Positions 1 to 10,414 of a DNA stretch of 64,000 nucleotides are shown here, in pieces. How positions within the stretch are numbered: position 1 is the stretch's first letter; every line of letters starts with the position of its first letter. The position numbers and the translations under genes are program-made. The stretch is from an uncultured Clostridia bacterium (GTDB lineage Bacteria; Bacillota; Clostridia; TANB77; CAG-508). The DNA is taken from positions 8,001-72,000 of the forward strand of contig CAKPEG010000006.1 of the NCBI GenBank assembly GCA_934149275.1, written 5' to 3'. Below the pieces are notes generated by a model that was not told the DNA's origin, searched no databases, and saw only the letters and a program-made list of their open reading frames with translations.

Positions 1-3
1 TTT

Positions 4-315
4 CTATCGTTCCGTTTCCTCTTTCATTTTGTCTTTGCCAAGTACATTTTCTCTAACAATCCTTGTTGCTTCTTGTTCTTTAGAAATTCTTAAACTTTCA
101 TCATCTAAACAATCTTCTAATCCTCTTTTGCCATTAGAAGTTTCTTTCGTTTTTTCGATTGTTCTAAAAATCGTATCAATTTCATCGCTCGAAAGCTCAT
201 CATACACTCTATCAATATTTCTATCACTTAAGCTACTTGTATAGCTATCCAACGCAGTTTTAATTTGACTCTCTGACACTCCAGAAAGTAAACTTAAATT
301 TTTTCCGACTCGCAA
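4..315 (-). CDS. hypothetical protein; possibly the frameshifted C-terminal continuation of the upstream 510-aa ORF
   Basis: ORF with a TTG start overlaps the 3' end of ORF 260..1792 by 56 nt in another frame. An A6 run sits at the overlap and no separate RBS is visible. Confidence 0.3.
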   Translation of the reverse strand: MRVGKNLSLLSGVSESQIKTALDSYTSSLSDRNIDRVYDELSSDEIDTIFRTIEKTKETSNGKRGLEDCLDDESLRISKEQEATRIVRENVLGKDKMKEETER

Positions 316-1792
316 TATATCTTCTTATAATCTGAGGTACAGGACTAATACGACTAGCTCTGCCAGTATTATCTAAAATTGGAATATTTCCTTTTATTGC
401 TCCAGTATAATATGCTCCAATATCACTTTTTAAAGATTGTGATGAATATATAGAATTTGAAGAAATACTATCAAGTTCTTTTACAGCTTTAGAATATTTA
501 TAATCTATATGTCCAACACCTTCATATATTTTAGATTGCATTGGACTACCTAATAATTCATTTAATTGCATATAGCTATTTAATCTTTCATTTGAGCTAC
601 GACCGAATAATGAATTTGATGCAGCAATATATTCTAAAATTCTATTATGCATGCTTGCAATTTCTATTTCAGTTACAGGTCGTCCTAATCTTGCTTCTAA
701 AATAGGAATATAATCTCCAGCTTTTACTTCAATGCCTTCTTTAGTAATACCATCTTTATATGCAAAATTTCCAGGTTTCGTTTCTTCTTGTTCCCCTATA
801 AAAATCATTTTGTTCATACTAGTTAAAGCTCTTCTAAATCCTTCTTTTCCATCTGGAAAATCTGATAAATCTCTATAATGCTCAATATCTGAAATTCCTA
901 CTGGAAAATTCATAGGCAAATTATATGTCCCATCTTCATTAGCCGTAATTTTATCTTGATAATCTCTTTTGGTATCATTATATTCTTGCATAATTCTATC
1001 AAAATCTGTCCTAGTAATTCTTTTGGTAACCACTCCATTGATAAGTGAAAATTGCTCATTTTCCGTTATTTCAGTATCATCAACAATTTGTAATGCAATT
1101 TTATCAACTGGAAGTGTTCCAAAATCTCCTCCACCTAATATACTTGCTTCACACATTTCAGGATAATAGCTCGAAAAATTATTAGCAAAAGTTGCAGATT
1201 TTGAATGTCCAAGTGGAATAACTTTATCACTCATTTTCACGTTAGCTCTTTCTTCAATAATTCTTCTTGCATCTTCTATCATCACTTTTATTTGTGGTGC
1301 AGTTTTACTAATAATATCTTTATCTAATTGAGATACTACACTATCAAATTGTTCGTTTCCATATCCAGGAATAAGAGGGACTATAGTTGGTATATTGGGA
1401 TTTATACTTATCATATTCCTTAATGCATCTACACCTTTTTCCATTCTACAATATAACCTATCTAATGTTTTACTTTTATCTTCCTCTATTCCTTTTTGAA
1501 CAGAAGTATTACTTCTAACAATTTCGCTATCCCCAAATAAACTATATATTTCTTCTAAACCTTCTAAATTTTCAGTATGTCCTTCTGGCATTTCATCTTC
1601 ATAATCATTTAAACAATCCATCATTATTGTATTTTGTGGATTATTTGGAATATAAACGAAATATGAATAACTAAATCCTTTTTCTGGATTAGCTTCCACC
1701 AATGTAACTTTCAAACCATTATTCCTAATATAATCCAAATCTCCTTTTAAATCTTTTTTATAATCTCTTGATTCTTCTTTATAATCTCTCAT
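260..1792 (-). CDS. hypothetical protein, possibly alpha/beta-hydrolase-like
   Basis: Long 510-aa ORF. A GHSKS motif resembles a nucleophile elbow. No other recognisable family motif. Confidence 0.45.
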   Translation of the reverse strand: MRDYKEESRDYKKDLKGDLDYIRNNGLKVTLVEANPEKGFSYSYFVYIPNNPQNTIMMDCLNDYEDEMPEGHTENLEGLEEIYSLFGDSEIVRSNTSVQKGIEEDKSKTLDRLYCRMEKGVDALRNMISINPNIPTIVPLIPGYGNEQFDSVVSQLDKDIISKTAPQIKVMIEDARRIIEERANVKMSDKVIPLGHSKSATFANNFSSYYPEMCEASILGGGDFGTLPVDKIALQIVDDTEITENEQFSLINGVVTKRITRTDFDRIMQEYNDTKRDYQDKITANEDGTYNLPMNFPVGISDIEHYRDLSDFPDGKEGFRRALTSMNKMIFIGEQEETKPGNFAYKDGITKEGIEVKAGDYIPILEARLGRPVTEIEIASMHNRILEYIAASNSLFGRSSNERLNSYMQLNELLGSPMQSKIYEGVGHIDYKYSKAVKELDSISSNSIYSSQSLKSDIGAYYTGAIKGNIPILDNTGRASRISPVPQIIRRYIASRKKFKFTFWSVRESN

Positions 1793-2074
1793 ATTCTTAA
1801 TCTTCTTTCCAAAATTAAAGTTTTGTTGTTATATTCTTAATTATTATAACATATATAAAATAATTATTATGTGATTTTTACAAATTTATATAATTATTTT
1901 ATATTGTAATACAAAGACTATTTATTTTCCACATTCAAAATAAATATGACAATTTTTTAAATATTTTAAACTAGTCTTTTACTTGCTAAAAGACTAGCTG
2001 TGAAAGCATTTTAAAATTGGCTTGGTCATTCTACCTATTCTACTATTGCTAATATTTATGCTCACTAAAAAAAA

Positions 2075-2124
2075 TACAAAAAAAAATCTGCAAATGTTCT
2101 TTCAAATACATTAACATTCGCAGA
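2075..2124 (-). terminator. Rho-independent terminator downstream of tRNA-Gln
   Basis: Stem tctgcaaatgtt/aacattcgcaga is followed on the minus strand by a run of T's. Confidence 0.6.
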
Positions 2125-2254
2125 ATAATATACCTCGCGAAAAATTGTTAGTGAACACAGTGAACGATTTTTTTCGCGAAACAAGGAGCAACAGTGTTTT
2201 GACTTAAGTTGTTTTGTAAAACAAAACAACTAGTCAAACTAACTAGTTGCGACG

Positions 2255-2329
2255 TGGCTGGGGTAGTAAGATTCGAACTTACGCATGTCGGAGTCAGAGT
2301 CCGATGCCTTACCGCTTGGCGATACCCCA
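2255..2329 (-). tRNA. tRNA-Gln (anticodon CUG), CCA encoded
   Basis: The reverse complement reads TGGGGTATCGCCAAGCGGTAAGGCATCGGACTCTGACTCCGACATGCGTAAGTTCGAATCTTACTACCCCAGCCA. This gives a cloverleaf with a CTG anticodon loop and closely resembles known bacterial tRNA-Gln. Confidence 0.9.
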
Positions 2330-2500
2330 ATATAAAACGAACTATATTTCAAGTTCGTTTGTTATTATATACTAATCATTAAAAATTATCAATACATAAA
2401 ATATAATTTTATTTTCGCTTTTCCATATAAAAAATACCTTATGCCTAAATAATGTAATCCCCTTTTATTTTACAGAAGTTACTCCGAAAATTCACGAATT

Positions 2501-4039
2501 TTATTCCCATTCAATAGTTGCAGGTGGTTTTCCTGTAATATCATAAACTACTCTATTTACATGTTTAACTTCATTTACAATTCTTGCAGAAACTTTTTCC
2601 AAAACTTCATATGGAATTTTACTCCATGTTGCTGTCATAAAATCAGATGTCGTAACAGCTCTCAATGCAACAGTGTAATCATAAGTTCTCTCATCACCCA
2701 TAACACCAACACTTTTCAAGTTAGTTAAAACTGCAAAATATTGATTAATATCTCTATCTAATTTTGCATTTGCAATTTCTTCTCTAAATATATAATCTGC
2801 TTCTCTTAAAATACTTAACTTATCCTCTGTAATATCTCCAATAACTCTAATTGCAAGTCCTGGACCTGGGAATGGTTGTCTGTAAACTAAGAACTCTGGA
2901 AGTCCTAATTCAACACCAACTTTTCTAACTTCATCTTTAAATAAATCTCTTAAAGGTTCTATAATCTCTTTAAAATCAACGCAATCAGGCAACCCACCTA
3001 CGTTATGATGACTCTTAATCTTAGCACCAACCCCTACTCCACTTTCTATTACATCCGGATAAATTGTACCTTGTACTAAATAATCAACTTGACCTAATTT
3101 TTTACCTTCATCCTCGAATACTCTAATAAATTCTTCACCAATTATTTTTCTCTTCTTCTCTGGATCATCAACTCCTGCAAGTTTAGATAAAAATCTTTCT
3201 CTTGCATCAACTTTAATAAAATTAACATCAAATTGTTTGGTAAAAATTTCTTCAACTTCTTCAGCTTCATTTTTTCTAAGCAATCCATGGTCAACAAAAA
3301 TACAAGTTAAATTTTTTCCAATTGCTCTATTTACAAGTGCTGCAGCTACAGATGAATCAACTCCACCAGACAAAGCACATACAGCTTTTCTATCTCCAAT
3401 TTTTTCTCTAATTAATTTGATTTGCTCTTCAACAAATGAATTCATTTTCCAATTGCCTTCGCAACCACAAACATTATATAAAAAATTGTGAATAATCTTA
3501 ACACCATTTTTAGTATGATTTACTTCTGGGTGAAATTGAATACCATAAAATTTCTTCTCAACATTTTGCATAGCAGCAAACTTACAATCAGGTGTATCAC
3601 CTATTTTTTCAAAATCATCAGGTATTCTTTCAACATAATCCATATGGCTCATTAAGCAAGTATTAACATCTTCAAATCCTTCAAATAATAAAGACTTATT
3701 ATCTATGTTAACATTAATCTCACCGAACTCTCTTTTATATGCTCTTCTAACTTCTCCACCAAGCATATGAGTCATAAGTTGCATACCATAACAAATTCCC
3801 AAAATAGGAATACCTAATTCAAAAATTCTTTTATCACACTTAGGAGCATCATCTAAATAAACACTAGCTGGCCCTCCAGTAAATATAATTCCTTTTGGAT
3901 TTTTTTCAATAATCTTTTCAACTGGTATATTAAAAGGCAAAATCTCGCAAAAAACATTACACTCTCTAACACGTCTAGCTATTAACTGATTATATTGCCC
4001 ATAAAAATCTAATACTATAATCAATTCTTTATTTTCCAT
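2501..4039 (-). CDS. guaA: GMP synthase (glutamine-hydrolysing)
   Basis: N-terminal GATase region ([12 protein letters not shown]), ATP-PPase motif SGGVDSS and the conserved C-terminal end TIEWE. Confidence 0.95.
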   Translation of the reverse strand: MENKELIIVLDFYGQYNQLIARRVRECNVFCEILPFNIPVEKIIEKNPKGIIFTGGPASVYLDDAPKCDKRIFELGIPILGICYGMQLMTHMLGGEVRRAYKREFGEINVNIDNKSLLFEGFEDVNTCLMSHMDYVERIPDDFEKIGDTPDCKFAAMQNVEKKFYGIQFHPEVNHTKNGVKIIHNFLYNVCGCEGNWKMNSFVEEQIKLIREKIGDRKAVCALSGGVDSSVAAALVNRAIGKNLTCIFVDHGLLRKNEAEEVEEIFTKQFDVNFIKVDARERFLSKLAGVDDPEKKRKIIGEEFIRVFEDEGKKLGQVDYLVQGTIYPDVIESGVGVGAKIKSHHNVGGLPDCVDFKEIIEPLRDLFKDEVRKVGVELGLPEFLVYRQPFPGPGLAIRVIGDITEDKLSILREADYIFREEIANAKLDRDINQYFAVLTNLKSVGVMGDERTYDYTVALRAVTTSDFMTATWSKIPYEVLEKVSARIVNEVKHVNRVVYDITGKPPATIEWE

Positions 4040-4063
4040 TACAACAATCCTTCCAATATATTT

Positions 4064-5572
4064 TTACGCTTTAGTCTCAATTTCCTTTAAAATAACATCA
4101 TGTGCAGAACCCTCTTTAATACTAATATTAGATACTAGTGTTAAACGAGCTTTTTCATGAAATTCTGGTATTGAAATTGAACCACAGTTACACATTGTAG
4201 ATTTAATCTTATTAACAGTTATATTCAAATTATCTTTTAGTGGTCCAGCATAAGGAATATATGAATCAACACCTTCCTCAAAACTTAATTTATTTTTTGT
4301 TTTATCTCCTAAGTCATATCTTTGCCAGTTTCTAGCTCTATTTGAACCTTCACCCCAATACTCTTTAACAAAGTTATTTCCAACTTTTAAAACTCTTGTA
4401 GGGCTCTCATCAAATCTAGCAAAATATCTACCCATCATTACAAAGTCAGCTCCAAAAGCTAAAGCTAAAGTAATGTGATAATCATGAACAATTCCACCAT
4501 CTGAACATACAGGAATATATACACCTGTTTTTTCGAAATATTCATCTCTTGCTTTAACAACATCTATTAATGCACTAGCTTGTCCTCTACCTATACCTTT
4601 TTGCTCTCTTGTAATACAGATAGATCCTCCACCAACACCAACTTTTATAAAGTCTGCACCAGCTTCAGCCAAATATAAAAATCCTTCTTTATCAACAACA
4701 TTTCCAGCACCAATTTTTACATTGTTTCCGTATTTTTCTCTAACAAATTCTATTGTATTTTTTTGCCATACTGAATATCCATCTGATGAATCAATACATA
4801 AAATATCAACACCAGCATCAACTAAGGCTGGAATTCTCTCTTCATAATCTCTTGTATTTACACCTGCACCAACTATATATCTTTTGTTTTCATCTAATAA
4901 TGAATTTGGATTATTTTTTCTATCTTCATAATCTTTTCTAAATACTAAAAATTCCAAATTATCATCTTCGTCTAATATTGGTAAACAACTAACTTTGTTC
5001 TCCCAGATTACATCATTTGCTTCTTCTAATGAAATACCTTTTCTTGCAAAAACTATTTTCTCTTTTGGAACCATGAATTTATCAATTGGTTCATCTAAAT
5101 CTGCTCTTGTTATTCTATAATCCTTATCTGTAACAAGACCTATAAATTTACCTTTACTTGTTCCATCTTCTGTAACCATTACTGTTGAATGACCTGTTCT
5201 ATTAACCAAATCAATCACATCTCTTAAAGGTGTTCCAACCTTTACATTAGAATCACTATCAATAAATCCTGCTTTGCATTTCTTAACATCTCTGACCATT
5301 TGCGCTTCTGATTCAATTGATTGTGAACCATAAATAAAAGAACATCCACCTTCGCGCGCAAGTGCAATAGCCATTTTTTCTCCTGAAACAGCTTGCATGA
5401 TTGCTGACACGAACGGGATGTTCGCACTTAATTCTGGTTCCTCACCTTTTTTAAATTTTGTAAGTGGTGTTTTTAAACTTACATTTGATGGTATACATCT
5501 TTCATCTGTTAAATTTGGTAATAATAAATACTCATTAAAAGTTCTTGAAATATCGTTCAATATCTCTGACAT
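4064..5572 (-). CDS. guaB: IMP dehydrogenase family protein
   Basis: TIM-barrel motifs [11 protein letters not shown] and SDGGI, with an internal CBS-like insert. It lies 24 nt upstream of guaA in the same orientation. Confidence 0.85.
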   Translation of the reverse strand: MSEILNDISRTFNEYLLLPNLTDERCIPSNVSLKTPLTKFKKGEEPELSANIPFVSAIMQAVSGEKMAIALAREGGCSFIYGSQSIESEAQMVRDVKKCKAGFIDSDSNVKVGTPLRDVIDLVNRTGHSTVMVTEDGTSKGKFIGLVTDKDYRITRADLDEPIDKFMVPKEKIVFARKGISLEEANDVIWENKVSCLPILDEDDNLEFLVFRKDYEDRKNNPNSLLDENKRYIVGAGVNTRDYEERIPALVDAGVDILCIDSSDGYSVWQKNTIEFVREKYGNNVKIGAGNVVDKEGFLYLAEAGADFIKVGVGGGSICITREQKGIGRGQASALIDVVKARDEYFEKTGVYIPVCSDGGIVHDYHITLALAFGADFVMMGRYFARFDESPTRVLKVGNNFVKEYWGEGSNRARNWQRYDLGDKTKNKLSFEEGVDSYIPYAGPLKDNLNITVNKIKSTMCNCGSISIPEFHEKARLTLVSNISIKEGSAHDVILKEIETKA

Positions 5573-5700
5573 AAAAAACCTCCTAATATATTATTTAATT
5601 TTTTTCGTGCAGTTATTTTTTCGTTGTTAAGTATAAATTTTATAACATATTAGAAGATTTTTCAAGTCTTTTGCCAAATTTTCTTCAATTATCTTTCATT

Positions 5701-7173
5701 TTAATAATAATTCTTCAAATTAATCGCTTTTGTTTTATATAATTTATCTCCGCCATTATCATTAAATACCATAACAAAGCTATCACTATCTTCGTCATAA
5801 GCCAAACTTTCAAGCTCAATCGGCATAGTTACCTTATATCTACCATAACATTCGCCTGAATTAATATTATATACATAAATATAAGCATTTGAATGGCCAA
5901 TATAATCAATTGACAATAATAGTCCTTTATACACTTCACAATCTTGACCAGTATGCCATGCAACCTCAAATGAATTTAATTTTTTTGTTAAATCTTTATT
6001 ATATACTAAAACTTTTTTTCCACTTTTCAACACCCATTTTTGACTATATTTATCATAACCAATCCCAGTAGGAGTTATAGGAAACTTCTTAATGCTTCTT
6101 TTCAAAGTATTAGCTGTTAAATTACTTGTAGAAATCTCAGACACATTTCTATTTCCCATATGAGTTATATACACACTTTTGGTATCTGGATTATATGTAG
6201 CACCATTTGCATGTCCAAAATTTCCTTTCAACACTCCAACTCTTTTCTTATTTTTTTTATCAAAAACCAAAACAGTTCCCTTAGTATCATTACTATTTCT
6301 TTTAACACATACATAATATTTATCAGTAACCGCAACTGATTGCATAGATGTACAACCATTTACAGTATTAACAGTTTTAAAAACTGAAGAATTATTTTTG
6401 CTTATAGTTTCACTTATTTTCTTAACTTTTACCGTAACCTTACACTCTGCAACTAATCCATTTTCTGTTCTAACTTTTATTATAGCTGTTCCCGTTTTCT
6501 TTCCAGTAACAACACCCTTTCCATCAATTGTAGCAACATTTTTGTTACTTGTTGACCAAGTCAATTTAGTATGAGCATTACTTGGTTTTATTTCTAAATT
6601 AAGTTTAGCTGATTTTTTTTGACCAATAGTTAAAGTTAAATCTTTCTGACTCAAAGAAATACTAGTTGGTTTAGTATTACCATTTTCATTAGTTGATGAT
6701 GGTGTTGTAGTTGGTAACGGTGTTACACTTGCAGATGGTGATGGTGTAACACTTGTCGTTGGAGATGGTGATGGACTCGTTGAAGGTATTATTGATGGAG
6801 ATGTTGATGGTTTTGGTGATACAGGAACTGAATTAATTTCCAAAATATCAGCTTTTACCTCTCCTTTTTCACTTGTTACTTCAACCTTTAAATTTGTTTT
6901 ATTATTTTCTGAAAGTCTATATGGTGAAATAAAAAAGTTTCTCTCATTATATCCAGCCTCTGAATTTTCAAAAAATCTAACAAATTCACCATTTGAATCC
7001 TGCTTATACATTACAACTTTTACTATTTTATCATCAGATTTTACTTTAACTAATGCTCCTGTAGAATCTAATCTAACAAGGCTCACATCTACATTAGAAG
7101 CAAATACTAAACTAATATTAATAGTACTTAAAATCATAATAAGTAAAAAAGCAATTAATAATTTCTTTTGCAT
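5701..7173 (-). CDS. secreted protein with P/S/T-rich linker, Big_2 (bacterial Ig-like) domain and unknown C-terminal domain
   Basis: Signal peptide MQKKLLIAFLLIMILS. Linker of PSPS/TTSVTPSPS type. Big_2-like segment VATIDGKGVVTGKKTGTAIIKV. Confidence 0.6.
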   Translation of the reverse strand: MQKKLLIAFLLIMILSTINISLVFASNVDVSLVRLDSTGALVKVKSDDKIVKVVMYKQDSNGEFVRFFENSEAGYNERNFFISPYRLSENNKTNLKVEVTSEKGEVKADILEINSVPVSPKPSTSPSIIPSTSPSPSPTTSVTPSPSASVTPLPTTTPSSTNENGNTKPTSISLSQKDLTLTIGQKKSAKLNLEIKPSNAHTKLTWSTSNKNVATIDGKGVVTGKKTGTAIIKVRTENGLVAECKVTVKVKKISETISKNNSSVFKTVNTVNGCTSMQSVAVTDKYYVCVKRNSNDTKGTVLVFDKKNKKRVGVLKGNFGHANGATYNPDTKSVYITHMGNRNVSEISTSNLTANTLKRSIKKFPITPTGIGYDKYSQKWVLKSGKKVLVYNKDLTKKLNSFEVAWHTGQDCEVYKGLLLSIDYIGHSNAYIYVYNINSGECYGRYKVTMPIELESLAYDEDSDSFVMVFNDNGGDKLYKTKAINLKNYY

Positions 7174-7347
7174 AATTTTCTCCTTATAATTATCCTTTTT
7201 AACAGTATAACATTAAATAAAAAAAATAAATATACTTTTAAAATTTAAATCTCATATACTCAAAATCAATATATAATTGTATTTTATGTAAATTCGTGAT
7301 ATAATTCAAGAACGCAGTTTTATAAAAAAATACAGGAGGACATAGCT

Positions 7348-9195
7348 ATGATTACTAACTTTATTAAGGAAGTAAAAAAATTCTTTGAGGAGGTATACGA
7401 GACTGACTCAAAAACATTATCACTTCAAGAACTTAAAGAACTCAACAGCAAAATGGTAGAATTTTATGCAAACCCAATTGTCTGCAAAAATGAAACAGAA
7501 AATGATCAGCTTTGTAGTGCAATTCTCGTGAGCATATTAGACTGCTACAGCCATTTTGTAAGAAAAACTGAACATGCACGTACCTATATGACATTTTTAA
7601 ACGATATCAGTTCTGTTATGCCAGAGGACATGGAAAAAGCAAAATCTATTACACTTGCCCTTTTCTCTGATGTATCAAGACCGGTATCAAGTATCATTAA
7701 ACATGCAACTGTAATCGAAAATTCTGAGAGAGAAATTGTTTTAGGAGCAGATTTAAACTCTTATAACTATTTATACTATTACGGAGATAACATTACAGAA
7801 AACCAGCTTAAAATTGTTGATTTCTTTAACAAAACTGATGATGAAACAATCACCGGTATGGCACAATGTACAATTGATGCTTTCTTAAGAGGCTTAAAAA
7901 ACGCTGGAATAGACGCAAACAAAAAAGGTTACTTAAGTTTAGTATATCCGATAGGATTTGAGAAAGTCGCAAGAAAAATCCATCATTTACTTAACGGTAA
8001 AATGGAAATAATCTTCAGACCAAACTCAATATCCTTTAACAAGCAGGTTGATTACAACCACAGATATGACTACAACTTATACATCAACCCAGAATACGTA
8101 AATAACTATTTATCAACGTTCGAAAACTCACTTAAAGAAGTTGAAAACAGATTAACTGCTTATGCAGGACCTGTCTACATTGACTCTTTCGGTGAAAAAC
8201 GTTTCATCCCTGAAAACGGACATGAGATTTATCAAAAATCAGATGAAATTGCAAAAATGAGTTCTGACTTTAGCACTAAATACTCAAACTTGTATTTAAA
8301 ATACGTCAGAAAAGAAACATCATTTTGCATAATTTCTTACCCATGCCCTGAAATTGGTGATGACTTTGAAGAAATTTTCAAAGAAACTATTCAAATAAAC
8401 ACCCTTGATAATGCCAAATACCAAAGAATTCACCAAAAAATCATTGATGTATTAGACACAGCAAAAACCGTACACATTACAGGAAGAAATGGCAATAAAA
8501 CAGATTTAGTCGTTGCACTTACTGAAATGACTAATCCTGAAAAAGAAACGATTTTTGAAAATTGCTGTGCAGATGTAAACGTGCCAGTTGGCGAAGTATT
8601 TACAAGTCCAAAATTAACTGGAACAAACGGCATTTTACATGTATCAGAAATTTACTTAAACGGATGGAAATTCGAAAACCTTACATTACAGATAAAAGAT
8701 GGTTTTATTGAAAAGTACAGCTGTAGCAATTATCCTACTGAAAAAGAAAACACTGAATACATCAATGAGCATCTGCTTTTTGATCACTCAACATTACCAA
8801 TGGGAGAATTTGCAATTGGAACAAACACTTATGCTTATGTAATGGGAAACAAGTATAACATCAATGATAAACTTGACATTCTTATTGCAGAAAAAACAGG
8901 ACCTCACTTTGCTTTTGGAGATACTTGTTTTTCTCTAGAAGAAGACAATGATACTTTCAATCCAGATGGTAAAAAAATCATCGCAAAAGATAATGAAGTA
9001 TCAATCAAGAGACTTTCCAATAATGCTGATGAACAGGACAAAGCATATTTGGGTTGCCATACAGATGTTACTATTCCATATGCAGAACTTGGCGACATTG
9101 TTGCAATACGAAGCAATGGAACAAAAGTAACAATAATTCAGAATGGTAAGTTTGTTTTAAGTGGTACTGAAGAATTAAATATTGAAGGAATGTAA
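7348..9195 (+). CDS. M29 (aminopeptidase T/S-like) family metallopeptidase with about 250-aa N-terminal extension
   Basis: RBS AGGAGG. C-terminal motifs NVPVGEVFTSP, GEFAIGTN and AEKTGPHFAFG are typical of M29 peptidases. Confidence 0.55.
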   Translation: MITNFIKEVKKFFEEVYETDSKTLSLQELKELNSKMVEFYANPIVCKNETENDQLCSAILVSILDCYSHFVRKTEHARTYMTFLNDISSVMPEDMEKAKSITLALFSDVSRPVSSIIKHATVIENSEREIVLGADLNSYNYLYYYGDNITENQLKIVDFFNKTDDETITGMAQCTIDAFLRGLKNAGIDANKKGYLSLVYPIGFEKVARKIHHLLNGKMEIIFRPNSISFNKQVDYNHRYDYNLYINPEYVNNYLSTFENSLKEVENRLTAYAGPVYIDSFGEKRFIPENGHEIYQKSDEIAKMSSDFSTKYSNLYLKYVRKETSFCIISYPCPEIGDDFEEIFKETIQINTLDNAKYQRIHQKIIDVLDTAKTVHITGRNGNKTDLVVALTEMTNPEKETIFENCCADVNVPVGEVFTSPKLTGTNGILHVSEIYLNGWKFENLTLQIKDGFIEKYSCSNYPTEKENTEYINEHLLFDHSTLPMGEFAIGTNTYAYVMGNKYNINDKLDILIAEKTGPHFAFGDTCFSLEEDNDTFNPDGKKIIAKDNEVSIKRLSNNADEQDKAYLGCHTDVTIPYAELGDIVAIRSNGTKVTIIQNGKFVLSGTEELNIEGM

Positions 9196-9246
9196 TCTAT
9201 ACTATATTGAACTTCCAAAAACGTAGTCTAAATTTAGCTACTAAAA

Positions 9247-9390
9247 GAACAAAAGCGGACATTATAATATTTGCACTCATTATAGCTTTTAAGATCCGTT
9301 TCTTTGTTCAGATACGAAATTTGCTATACAAATTTCAGTACATTATAATTATATAATAGAAAATTAAAAAGGATTTTCTATTATATAATA
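9247..9390. repeat. Family A three-hairpin intergenic repeat, copy A1
   Basis: Module gaacaaaagcggac...ccgtttctttgttc, then gaaatttg/caaatttc, then a perfect 16-bp stem ttatataatagaaaat/attttctattatataa. Related copies at 24918, 55612 and 10362. Confidence 0.8.
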
Positions 9391-9393
9391 ACC

Positions 9394-9437
9394 AAAAAAT
9401 AGTGAGTTAAAAAATAATTTTTTAACTCACTATTTTT
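9394..9437. terminator. bidirectional Rho-independent terminator
   Basis: Hairpin atagtgagttaaaaaa/ttttttaactcactat flanked by an A-run and a T-run. It overlaps the stop codon of ORF 9430..10290. Confidence 0.7.
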
Positions 9438-10290
9438 CATTTTTATCTTTTTTTGTCATAAAATCAGAACTCAAAATCATATCATCCTCAATATTATTTT
9501 CTTGAACCTGTTCATCATGTTTGGTCATTGATTTTTTCATTTTGTCAACTCTATTAAACAAAATTTGATTTTCATTTTCCAGTGTTTTATTATTCTGTAT
9601 ATTTTCTTCATCTTTTTTATTACGTTTTTTTTCTGATTTTGATTTTTTTACATCTTCTGATATTTCTTCCTTTTGAGAAGCAATAGCAGCTTCAATTGTC
9701 ATCATTCTCTCATAATCAATAATATTATGAACATGTTGTTTGTACATTCCCTCTGTATATATATCATTATTTTTCTCAGTTCTAATTAAATTACTATTCA
9801 AATACTGATTTATAATATTCTTTTCTTCTTTTGTTTGGAAATCGAAATCATCATTTAAATGCTTATATCTCCATATAATATGTCTTTCATAAGGCGTAAA
9901 CTCAGAATTTCTACCTAAATCCTCATATGCATATTCAATTTTAAACTGATAATTCTCAATTGATATTGTTATATTTGTCCATACTCTTGGATTATTTTCT
10001 TTATGAATCATTCTTAACTGCTTAATATTCAAAAATAATCTTTGAATTAATTCATTATAACTCTCTTCATCAATATTAAACATTCCAGGAATTTGATACA
10101 CATTTACAGGTTTCCTTTTTAAAATTCCTTTTGGCAAATAGTAAAAATACATTTCGCCAACTGGCTTTTTTAAAGGTTCTTCAACAATTGAAGCATATAA
10201 ATAAATTGCATCCCACTTCTCTGGAATCATATAAAATAATTTTTTCTGTATATCATCAAAAATAACTCGTTCCTTATTAGAAATTTCCAT
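9430..10290 (-). CDS. DUF600/YezG-like immunity-type domain protein with K/E/N-rich C-terminal extension
   Basis: N-terminal about 145 aa (MIPEKWDAIYLYA, VWTNITISIENYQFKIEYAYEDL, ERHIIWRYKHL) matches my memory of the YezG/DUF600 family. The remaining about 140 aa are low complexity. Confidence 0.55.
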   Translation of the reverse strand: MEISNKERVIFDDIQKKLFYMIPEKWDAIYLYASIVEEPLKKPVGEMYFYYLPKGILKRKPVNVYQIPGMFNIDEESYNELIQRLFLNIKQLRMIHKENNPRVWTNITISIENYQFKIEYAYEDLGRNSEFTPYERHIIWRYKHLNDDFDFQTKEEKNIINQYLNSNLIRTEKNNDIYTEGMYKQHVHNIIDYERMMTIEAAIASQKEEISEDVKKSKSEKKRNKKDEENIQNNKTLENENQILFNRVDKMKKSMTKHDEQVQENNIEDDMILSSDFMTKKDKNEK

Positions 10291-10361
10291 ATACTCTGTT
10301 CCTTTCTAAGGCACAAATTTAGAAAATATTATAAAACTTTCTATATTACCTAAATATGCAT

Positions 10362-10388
10362 TATAGGAAGTTCAAAGAACTTCCTATA
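10362..10388. repeat. Family A-type terminal hairpin only, copy A4
   Basis: Perfect 12-bp stem tataggaagttc/gaacttcctata, nearly identical to the third hairpin of copy A2. Confidence 0.6.
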
Positions 10389-10414
10389 TATATATTACAA
10401 AACTTTAAGCATAA

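Noticed and set aside
2148-2330. Tracked 60-aa ORF
   Set aside because: It overlaps tRNA-Gln and its trailer hairpins.
5573-5700. Purine riboswitch upstream of guaB
   Set aside because: I could not find the conserved guanine-riboswitch core in the 128-nt leader. It appears to be a plain promoter region.
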